Positions 18,959-26,400 of a stretch of DNA of 64,000 nucleotides are shown in pieces. Location of the stretch: contig QZKR01000057.1 of NCBI GenBank assembly GCA_003598065.1, forward strand, positions 7,911-71,910, given 5' to 3'. This DNA is from Myxococcales bacterium (GTDB lineage: Bacteria > Myxococcota_A > SURF-8). The number at the start of each line of letters is the position of its first letter. The stretch's first letter is position 1. The position numbers were made by a program, and so were the translations under genes. The notes beneath the pieces were generated by a model, which saw only the letters and a list, made by a program, of their open reading frames with translations, was not told the origin of the DNA and searched no databases.

Positions 18959-20706
18959 GGCGCCTCCGCGAGTTCGGAGCGGCGCACGCAGAGCCCGAGC
19001 ATCGGCGCGACTTCGCGCGCGATCGCGGCGAAGGCCGGCGCGGCCACCTCGCCGCCGTAGTACGCGGCGTTCGACGGTTCGTCGATCAATACGAGAATCA
19101 CCAGCTTCGGCGCATCGGCGGGCAGAAAGCCCAGAAACGAACTCGTCCAGTAATCGCGCGTGCCGGTGCGATGGTTTTTCGCGAGTTTCTCGGCCGTGCC
19201 CGTTTTACCCGCCACCGGACAGCCGGAGACGTACGCCCGCCGGCCCGTGCCGTGGTCGGAGACGGCTTCGACGAGAATGTCGCGCAGGCGCGCCGCCGTC
19301 TGGCTGGAGATCACCCGCCGCACTTCGACGGGTTTGAATTCCTGCTTTACTTCCCCTTCCGGAGTCAGTATCCGTTTGACGATCTGCGGCTGCATGAGCA
19401 CGCCGCCGTTGGCGATCGCGCCCATCGCCGCCGCCATTTGCAGGGGCGGAACGTTCAATCCCTGGCCGAAGGAGATCGTCGCCAGGTCGATCGGATACCA
19501 GTCGGCCCACGGATTGATGAGGCCGCGCGTCTCCGCGGGAAGCGCGATTCCCGTTTTCTCGCCGAAGCCGAATTTCTTAAGCTGCTCGTAAACGCGCTGC
19601 GCTCCCATCTCCATTCCGATCTTCGCCGTGCAGATGTTGCTCGATTTGATCAGGACCTCGGAGATCGTCAGCCAGCCGTAGCGCTTCGTGTCGTGAATCG
19701 TGTTCGGGCCGATGGCGAATTCGCCCAGGCCGCAGTCGATCCGGTCTTCCGGAACATAGAGCGCCAGATCGATCGCGCTGCCGATCAGAAACGGCTTCAT
19801 CGTCGAGCCGGGCTCGTAGGCGTGTTCGATGGCGAAGTTGTGAACGCGCTCCATCTTCGCGCCGTTCAGATCGTTGGGATCGAAAGTGGGCTGTTGCGCC
19901 AGGGCGAGGATCTCGCCCGTCGTCGGGTCCATGACGACGACCACGCCTTCGTGGGCTTTGTGCTGCGCCATCGTTTCGGCGAGGACGCGCTCGGCCACGT
20001 ACTGCACGGTCCGGTCGATCGTCAGCATGACCGCGTTGCCGGTGGGATGGTTCAGCGACAGGTCGAGCGATTCGAGGGAGACGCGCTGACCGGAGGCGTC
20101 GCGGAAGCCTTCGACCACGAGCGTCGAACCGGCGAGCTCGGCGTTGAAGGCTTTTTCGACGCCCATTTTGCCGTCGAGGTCGATATCGGCGAAACCCAGG
20201 ACGTTGGCGGCCAGCGAGCCGTCGGGGTAATAACGCTTGTCCTCGTCCATCAGCGCCAGATGCGTCGGGCGCTCGGCCTCGGGCAGGGCGTTGTAAAGCG
20301 CATTGAAGCGCTCCACCTCTTCCGGGGAAAGCCAGCGCTCCACCCAGACGAAGTATTTGTCCTCTTTCAGACGTTCGGCGTGCTTGGAAGCGGGTCCGAA
20401 AAGCTGGCGCAAAAGCTTGACGGCCGTTTCGCGCTCGCCGTCGCTCATCAAGCGCGGCTGGGCGGTGAGCGACGGCGCCTGCTCATTGGTGCCCAGAACG
20501 CGCTTCATCCGGTCGTAGATCGCGCCGCGCCGCGGCTGAATGACCACGGAGCCGAGCGTCTGCCGCCGGGCGGCGGCCCAGTGCGTGTCGCCTTCCACGA
20601 TCTGCGCCACCCAGGCGCGGGCGAATAGAAGCCCGAAGGCGACGAACAGGCAGGCGGCCACGACGACGAGGCGGACGCGGACTTTTCGGTAGTCTTTCTC
20701 CAGCAT
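18955..20706 (-). CDS. ftsI: Class B penicillin-binding protein / peptidoglycan D,D-transpeptidase FtsI
   Basis: 583 aa with an N-terminal TM segment and the motifs STMKPF, SSN and KTGT. Confidence 0.92.
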   Translation of the reverse strand: MLEKDYRKVRVRLVVVAACLFVAFGLLFARAWVAQIVEGDTHWAAARRQTLGSVVIQPRRGAIYDRMKRVLGTNEQAPSLTAQPRLMSDGERETAVKLLRQLFGPASKHAERLKEDKYFVWVERWLSPEEVERFNALYNALPEAERPTHLALMDEDKRYYPDGSLAANVLGFADIDLDGKMGVEKAFNAELAGSTLVVEGFRDASGQRVSLESLDLSLNHPTGNAVMLTIDRTVQYVAERVLAETMAQHKAHEGVVVVMDPTTGEILALAQQPTFDPNDLNGAKMERVHNFAIEHAYEPGSTMKPFLIGSAIDLALYVPEDRIDCGLGEFAIGPNTIHDTKRYGWLTISEVLIKSSNICTAKIGMEMGAQRVYEQLKKFGFGEKTGIALPAETRGLINPWADWYPIDLATISFGQGLNVPPLQMAAAMGAIANGGVLMQPQIVKRILTPEGEVKQEFKPVEVRRVISSQTAARLRDILVEAVSDHGTGRRAYVSGCPVAGKTGTAEKLAKNHRTGTRDYWTSSFLGFLPADAPKLVILVLIDEPSNAAYYGGEVAAPAFAAIAREVAPMLGLCVRRSELAEAP

Positions 20707-20718
20707 GGCGCACCTGCC

Positions 20719-21165
20719 TTAGGGCAGCACGATCACTTGATGGCTTTCGGGAAGCTGCATGCCGTTCTGCCCGGCCCGCTTCATAATCAGTTCCGGCCGC
20801 TTGTAGGCGGCGATCTGTTGCAGCAGCTTTTCGCGTTCCTTCTCCAGCGCGAGCTGTTCCTGCTTGAGTTCGGTGATGCCGAACTTGGCGCTGCGCGTTT
20901 CGATCTTCGTCCAGGCGAAGAGCGACGCGACGGCGAGGAAGAGCGCGAGCACGACCACGAACAGAGCGCGCTCCAGAGGCTCCACCCGCCACGACGTTTT
21001 CGCCGCCGTCCAGCGCAGGCCGCTTTTCGCCGCCGCCGTGGCGTTGCGGTGCGTGGCTTTCTGCCGGCGGGGCTTGGAAACCGCCATCGCCTCCGCTTTG
21101 CCGGTTTTCCGGCGCGGCAGGGCGATTGTCGCCGAATTGCGTTTTTTGAGTGTGATCGTCGTCAT
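20719..21165 (-). CDS. ftsL: FtsL-like division protein (basic N-terminal extension, one TM, coiled coil)
   Basis: Lower part of ORF 20719-21333. ATG 21163-21165 overlaps the rsmH stop (ATGA). The TM segment is ALFVVVLALFLAVASLFAW, followed by the leucine-zipper-like ELKQEQLALEKEREKLLQQI. The call rests on position and topology. Confidence 0.7.
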   Translation of the reverse strand: MTTITLKKRNSATIALPRRKTGKAEAMAVSKPRRQKATHRNATAAAKSGLRWTAAKTSWRVEPLERALFVVVLALFLAVASLFAWTKIETRSAKFGITELKQEQLALEKEREKLLQQIAAYKRPELIMKRAGQNGMQLPESHQVIVLP

Positions 21166-22103
21166 GCGGCCGTCCTTTCCGCCAGGCGCAGCTTGGCGCT
21201 GCGGGCGCGGGGGTTGCGGGCGATTTCCGCGGCGTCGGGCAGAAGCGGCTTTTTCGTCAGGATGCGGACGAGCGGCGTCTTGCCGCAGGCGCAGACGGGC
21301 AAGTCGGGCGGGCAGACGCAGGGATTGGCCCACCGTTTGAACGTATGACGCACGATCCGATCTTCCAGACTGTGGTAGGCGATGACCGCCAGCCGGCCGC
21401 CGGGCTTCAACAGCTCCAGCGCCTGGGGCAGCATCGCCTCCAGGCTGTCGAGTTCGGCGTTGGTCGCAATGCGCAGGGCCTGGAAGGTCCGCGTGGCCGG
21501 ATGGATGCGCGACGGATGGGCCCGCCGGGGAATGGCCGCCGCGACGAGGTCGGCCAGCTCCCGCGTGGTCCGGATGGCGCGTTTCTCCCGCCGCTCGACG
21601 ATGGAGCGGGCGATGCGGCGGGCGAAGGGCTCCTCCCCGTAATCGGCGATGAGCCGTGCAAGCTCAGACTCATCGAGATCGGCGACGAGATCGGCGGCCG
21701 TGCGCGGCGCGGAGGAATCGAGCCGCATGTCCAAGGGGCCGTCCTTCTGGAACGAAAAGCCGCGCGCCTCGTCGTCCACCTGCAGCGAGGAAAAGCCGAG
21801 ATCGGCGAGCGCGCCGTCCAGGGGTCCGGTCCAGACCGCCCGCACCGCCTCGGCCGCGCGGGCGAAGTTGGCGTGCAAAGTCTGCAGCCGGTCGCCGTAG
21901 GCGGCCAGGGAGTGTTTCGTTCGCTCGATCATCGTGGCGTCCATATCCAATCCGATCACCCGCCCATCGGGCGCGCTGGCGTCGAGGATGGCGCGGGCAT
22001 GACCACCGCCGTCGAGGGTGAAATCCGCGAAGACGCCACCCCGCCGGACGTCGAGCCCGCGCACAACCTCGTCCAGCAGGACGGGGAGATGGTTCGTGCT
22101 CAT
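21162..22103 (-). CDS. rsmH: 16S rRNA (cytosine1402-N4)-methyltransferase
   Basis: 313 aa with HLPVLLDEV and DFTLDGGGHA. Confidence 0.95.
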   Translation of the reverse strand: MSTNHLPVLLDEVVRGLDVRRGGVFADFTLDGGGHARAILDASAPDGRVIGLDMDATMIERTKHSLAAYGDRLQTLHANFARAAEAVRAVWTGPLDGALADLGFSSLQVDDEARGFSFQKDGPLDMRLDSSAPRTAADLVADLDESELARLIADYGEEPFARRIARSIVERREKRAIRTTRELADLVAAAIPRRAHPSRIHPATRTFQALRIATNAELDSLEAMLPQALELLKPGGRLAVIAYHSLEDRIVRHTFKRWANPCVCPPDLPVCACGKTPLVRILTKKPLLPDAAEIARNPRARSAKLRLAERTAA

Positions 22104-22107
22104 CCGG

Positions 22108-22446
22108 CTAGCAGTTGGCCTCGTGGACGGCCTCAGCGAGGTTGTCGTATTCCTCGAAGGCGTCTCCGTACCCCACGGCGGTGAAAATGTCCTTGAGGTA
22201 GGGGCTTACGCCCGCAAGCACGAGGCTGCCGTTTTCGGCGCTCAGCTTGTTCTTGTGGTGCGCCAGGAGGTCGGCCAGCCGGTAGTAAACGTGCTCCGTC
22301 TTCGAGAAGTCCAAGACGAAGCGCCGCTTGCCCCGCCGCTCGCAATCTTCGAGCAATTGCCTGATGTCACGGAGATTTTCTTTCCCCAGAACGCGCCCTG
22401 GGTAGAGAACGACGACATCCCGTTCGGCGATTTCCAAGACAAACAT
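22108..22446 (-). CDS. STAS-domain protein (anti-sigma-antagonist fold, no phosphorylatable Ser)
   Basis: Lower part of ORF 22108-22710. ATG 22444-22446 is preceded by GGGGAGATAGGACC. The 112-aa product is MFVLEIAERDVVVLYPGRVLG..RRFVLDFSKTEHVYYRLADLL..LVLAGVSPYLKDIFTAVG. The stop lies 4 nt before the rsmH ATG. Confidence 0.7.
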   Translation of the reverse strand: MFVLEIAERDVVVLYPGRVLGKENLRDIRQLLEDCERRGKRRFVLDFSKTEHVYYRLADLLAHHKNKLSAENGSLVLAGVSPYLKDIFTAVGYGDAFEEYDNLAEAVHEANC

Positions 22447-22508
22447 GGTCCTATCTCCCCGCAAAATGAGACGAAACGTTCCCGAATCCCGCAAAAAAAT
22501 CGAAACGC

Positions 22509-22994
22509 CTAACCCCTGAAGTGTCCCCGATTGTTGAGGTACACCTGGAAGGCGTTTTGCCTGAGCGTCCGCTGCTGGGCCTCGTAACGGCTCTTGGCCC
22601 AGAGTTCCATGAGATTGCCGCCGCCGATCCAGAGGACATCGGCGTCGAGCCCGGCCCACTGGCGGTAATAGGGCGGGATGACGATCCGGCCCTGGCCGTC
22701 GAGCTTGCATTCCACCGCCTGCGCCACGTAGCCGCGTTCCATGGCCCGCCGCTCGATGGGATCGGCGAGCCGCGCCACGTCCTCCAACACCCGTTCCCAG
22801 CCCGCGGCGGTCCAGGCTTCAAGATATTCCGCGCTGGGGTCGATGCCGATGGCCAGAATCACGGTCTCGGGCGCCTCCGCCGGTAGAAGGGCGCGAAACG
22901 GACCGGGGATGCCGATCCGGTTCTTGGCGTCGATCTGTTTGCCGTGCATGCCCCGGAAGACGGGGAGCGGCGGTTTGGCGGAGGACTCGTTCAT
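22509..22994 (-). CDS. mraZ: Transcriptional regulator MraZ
   Basis: 161 aa with two SpoVT/AbrB-like halves, FRGMHGKQIDAKNRIGIP and ECKLDGQGRIVIP. Confidence 0.92.
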   Translation of the reverse strand: MNESSAKPPLPVFRGMHGKQIDAKNRIGIPGPFRALLPAEAPETVILAIGIDPSAEYLEAWTAAGWERVLEDVARLADPIERRAMERGYVAQAVECKLDGQGRIVIPPYYRQWAGLDADVLWIGGGNLMELWAKSRYEAQQRTLRQNAFQVYLNNRGHFRG

Positions 22995-23094
22995 GCGCTC
23001 GAACTCTTGCGCCCGATGGCGCGTTGTGTTACCATTTCCTGCGAGACCGGAGAGGCGCTCCGGCGAACTTTAAATGGCCCTGACGCGTAGAGCG

Positions 23095-23128
23095 TGGGAC
23101 TACTTGGGATCGGTTGGGCCATTTTGGG
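23095..23128. promoter_or_regulatory. Four direct TGGG(A/C) repeats at exact 10-bp spacing (MraZ-operator-like)
   Basis: TGGG occurs at 23095, 23105, 23115 and 23125 on the plus strand (gTGGGAc..tTGGGAt..tTGGGCc..tTGGGAa). The array lies just downstream, in the mraZ direction, of the putative -10. Confidence 0.6.
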
Positions 23129-23130
23129 AA

Positions 23131-23158
23131 ATGATACCACTTTTCCTTATAAATGCAA
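23131..23158 (-). promoter_or_regulatory. Putative dcw/mraZ promoter TTGCAT-16-TATCAT
   Basis: The minus strand reads TTGCAT (23158-23153), a 16-nt spacer ending in TGG, then TATCAT (23136-23131). It is about 137 nt upstream of the mraZ ATG. Confidence 0.5.
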
Positions 23159-23413
23159 ACCCTTTTGTGGCAAAGGCCATTAATTTCCGCATTTTACGAA
23201 TATCATGGGGTTGGACATGGATCGAGCTACAAGATATGGTGGTAAAAGTATGTTATAGGCTTCTTTATTGCGCGTTCCGGGAGGCGCGCAAATGATTAAT
23301 ATTATTAATGTCTTGGGAGGGGGAGGGCAGGTCGGAGGGCCTTCTTTCATCCTGAATTGGGACCGCCCCCAAAGAGCCCAAATGGCTGGCTCTGGGGCCA
23401 AGGAAAAGCGCTG

Positions 23414-25567
23414 ATGCCTCGCACGGTGGCGGAATACAAGCAGGAGGTCGCCGAACGTCGCGAAGAGATCTTGCGGGTTTTCCGCGCCAATTATCCTGGC
23501 CACGATATTAAAAGAATAGAAAAAGCCATGGATTACGCGGAGTTGCTCCATAAAGGGCAGTTCCGCCGCAACGGCCGCCCGTACATTTTCCATCCGCTCG
23601 CCGTCACCAAGCTGACCGCCGACGCCCTGCTCGACGAAAACTGCCTGATCGCCGCCTTGCTGCACGACGTCCTGGAGGACACCGTCGCCTCGCGGCAGAC
23701 GATCGCCGACAAGTTCGGCCCCCAGATCGCCGATATGGTGCAGGCGCTGACCAAGATCCGCACTTTCTCGGCCGAACGCTCCGAGGAGAACAAACGGCTC
23801 ACCTACAAGCGCATTCTCATGGCGGCGGCGAAAGACATTCGCCCGCTGATCATCAAGATCTTCGACCGGCTGACCAACATGCGCGACATGGTTCACATGC
23901 CCGATGGACACCGGCGCCGGGTGTCGGCCGAGACTCTGGACGTCTACGTGCCGTTCACGCGGCGGCTGGGCATGGCGCAGGTCGAGCGCGAACTGACCAA
24001 TCTTTGTCTCTCCTACCTCTACCCCGAGCCCTACAAGGAGGCGGAAGCGCGCATCGCCAAGGAGATCGAACCGCTCAAGGAGGATTTGCAGACCACGCTC
24101 GACGTCATCAAAAAACTGTTGCTGGAGCATGGCGCCCAGGCGGATCTGGAGATCGTCTTGCCGGTGGCGGCCGATTTCTACCAACCCGAGGTGGGCGTCA
24201 ATTCGCGCGCCGACGTCGTGGTCTGCATCCAGATCCTCATCGACGAGGTGGTGAGGCTCTACACGGCGCTGGGCGTGATCCATTCGCTGTTCACGCCCGT
24301 GCCCATGGCGATTCGCGACATGGTGGCCAACCCGATGGCCAACGGCTCCCGCGCGCTGGAGACGAAAGTCGTGATTCGCGGCCGGATCTATCAGGTGTCG
24401 ATCCTCACCCACGAGATGCAGAAGGTCAACGAGCACGGCATCGTCCACAACTGGAAGGTGAATCAGAACCGCCTCTCCGGCTACTACACGACCTACATGC
24501 GGCTTCTGGAGGAGCTGGTCGCCGACGAGGAGATGCGCGTGGACGACGTCCTGCGCCAGTCGCACGTCGAGGGCATCGCCGTTTTCTCGCCGCGCAAGGA
24601 TCTCTACATCATGCCGCACCGCTCCACGGCGCTCGACTTCGCCTATCAGGTGCACCGCGAGGTCGGCGACCGCGCCGCCCGGGCCTTCGTCAACGGCATC
24701 GAGCGGCCGATCGGCTATGTCCTCAACACCGGCGACGTGGTGCAGATCGTCACCAGCGACAAGGTCCATCCGGAGGAGAAGTGGCTGGCGATCGCCGTCA
24801 CCTCGCGGGCCCGTTCGGCGATCAAGAGCTATCTGCGCCGCCAGGTGGACCAGCGGGCGGTGGAACTCGGCCGCGACATGCTGTACGCCGAACTGGAGAA
24901 GTACGGCCGCGACCCGAAGGTCGTGACGGAAAGCGAGGATTTCAAAAAGCTGCTGGAAAAGCTCGACCTCACGGCGAACGAACTGTACCGCCGCGTCGGT
25001 TTCCGCAAAATTCTGCCCGCCGATTTTCTGCACCAGCACGGCATCGTGCCGGAGGAGAAAATCCGCAAGCAGAAGAGCGCCGAACGGGCCTCCATCCGCG
25101 ACAAGATTTTTTCCTCGCTCACCGGAAAAGTGGAGAGCGAGGGGAAGTGGCGCTTCGATCGCGACGACGTGTTCATCAGCTACGCCTCGTGCTGCAATCC
25201 GATCTTCGGCGACAAGGTGGTGGGCGTCATCAGCGAGGGCAAAGGGATCACGGTGCACCGCGACATCTGCCCGAGCCTGAAGACCGTCCCCAAGCTGCAG
25301 CGGGTCGAGGTGGAGTGGAACATGGACGAGAAGGTCGATTCCGCCGTGCTGAACCTGCACATTTCGGACCAGAAGGGCATCGTGGCCAAGGTGCTTTCCG
25401 TCGTCTCCAACAACGGTCTGAACATGTCGGAGTTCAACGCCTACACGGTCGGCCACGAAGCGTTCTTGCGCATCCGGCTGGACGTGAAAAGCCAGCGCGA
25501 CCTTTTGCGCGTCGTCCACGACATCCGCAAGATGGACGCCGTCCTCGCCATCACCCGCGAAGAATAG
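23414..25567 (+). CDS. Long RelA/SpoT homologue (HD hydrolase + degenerate synthetase + TGS + ACT)
   Basis: ORF 23357-25567 trimmed to ATG 23414. The HD region is GQFRRNGRPYIFHP..LLHDVLEDT..DRLTNM. The TGS region is IAVFSPRKDLYIMPHRSTALDFAYQVH. The C-terminus is ACT-like. Confidence 0.88.
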   Translation: MPRTVAEYKQEVAERREEILRVFRANYPGHDIKRIEKAMDYAELLHKGQFRRNGRPYIFHPLAVTKLTADALLDENCLIAALLHDVLEDTVASRQTIADKFGPQIADMVQALTKIRTFSAERSEENKRLTYKRILMAAAKDIRPLIIKIFDRLTNMRDMVHMPDGHRRRVSAETLDVYVPFTRRLGMAQVERELTNLCLSYLYPEPYKEAEARIAKEIEPLKEDLQTTLDVIKKLLLEHGAQADLEIVLPVAADFYQPEVGVNSRADVVVCIQILIDEVVRLYTALGVIHSLFTPVPMAIRDMVANPMANGSRALETKVVIRGRIYQVSILTHEMQKVNEHGIVHNWKVNQNRLSGYYTTYMRLLEELVADEEMRVDDVLRQSHVEGIAVFSPRKDLYIMPHRSTALDFAYQVHREVGDRAARAFVNGIERPIGYVLNTGDVVQIVTSDKVHPEEKWLAIAVTSRARSAIKSYLRRQVDQRAVELGRDMLYAELEKYGRDPKVVTESEDFKKLLEKLDLTANELYRRVGFRKILPADFLHQHGIVPEEKIRKQKSAERASIRDKIFSSLTGKVESEGKWRFDRDDVFISYASCCNPIFGDKVVGVISEGKGITVHRDICPSLKTVPKLQRVEVEWNMDEKVDSAVLNLHISDQKGIVAKVLSVVSNNGLNMSEFNAYTVGHEAFLRIRLDVKSQRDLLRVVHDIRKMDAVLAITREE

Positions 25568-25633
25568 CCGCCGTTTTCCGTCCTTGACAGCGAATGCCGC
25601 CGCGCGCGATAAGGCCGTAGGAGGCGGATAAAG

Positions 25634-26311
25634 ATGAAGAGCGAACGCCCGAAAATCTGGCTCGCCTGGAGCAGCGGCAAGGACAGCGCCTGGGCGCTGC
25701 ATGTGTTGCGCCAGCGGAATGAAGCGGACGTCGCGGGGCTGCTGACGACGATCAACGCCGCCGCCGACCGCGCCGCCATGCACGCCGTGCGCCGCACGCT
25801 CGTCGAGGCCCAGGCCGCCGCCTGCGGCCTGCCGCTTGTCCTCGTTCCCATCCCCGATCCCTGCTCGAACGAGGAATACGAAGCGCGCATGGCCGAGGCG
25901 ATGGAAACGGCGAAAGCGCAAGGCGTGACCGGCGTCGCTTTCGGGGATCTTTTCCTGGAGGACGTGCGCGCCTACCGCGAGCGCCAGCTTGGGCGCGCCG
26001 CGATGACGGCCCACTTCCCGCTCTGGGGACTGAACACCGCCGCGCTGGCCCGCGAGATGCAGGCCGGCGGCCTGCGGGCCATCGTCACCTGCATTGATCC
26101 ACGCATCCTGGCGGAAGGCTTCGTCGGCCGCGAGTGGGACGCGGCCTTTCTCGCCGATCTGCCCGCCGGCGTCGATCCCTGCGCCGAGCGCGGCGAATTC
26201 CACAGCTTCGCCTACGCCGGGCCGATGTTTTCGCGACCCCTTGACGTGCGAAAAGGCGAGATCGTCCGGCGGGGCGGATTCATCTTCGCGGATGTGCTGC
26301 CGGCGGAATGA
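25634..26311 (+). CDS. Dph6-related ATP pyrophosphatase (adenine-nucleotide alpha-hydrolase, DUF71 type)
   Basis: 225 aa. AGGAGG lies 9 nt upstream of the ATG. The N-terminal segment WLAWSSGKDSAWAL is a PP-loop-like motif. Confidence 0.6.
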   Translation: MKSERPKIWLAWSSGKDSAWALHVLRQRNEADVAGLLTTINAAADRAAMHAVRRTLVEAQAAACGLPLVLVPIPDPCSNEEYEARMAEAMETAKAQGVTGVAFGDLFLEDVRAYRERQLGRAAMTAHFPLWGLNTAALAREMQAGGLRAIVTCIDPRILAEGFVGREWDAAFLADLPAGVDPCAERGEFHSFAYAGPMFSRPLDVRKGEIVRRGGFIFADVLPAE

Positions 26312-26400
26312 AACCGCTCGCGCCAGTTGCTTCGCAGAGGCATTGGTGCTAAGGTAAACCCCGCGTCAGTATAGGATTTTCTTTTCCAGCGGGGTGAGCC

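Noticed and set aside
23180-26203. 1007-aa minus-strand ORF opposite the RelA/SpoT-like and Dph6-like genes
   Set aside because: It is low-complexity (Arg/Gly/Ala/Val/Asp-rich) and spans an intergenic region and two convincing plus-strand genes. It has no RBS or motif support.
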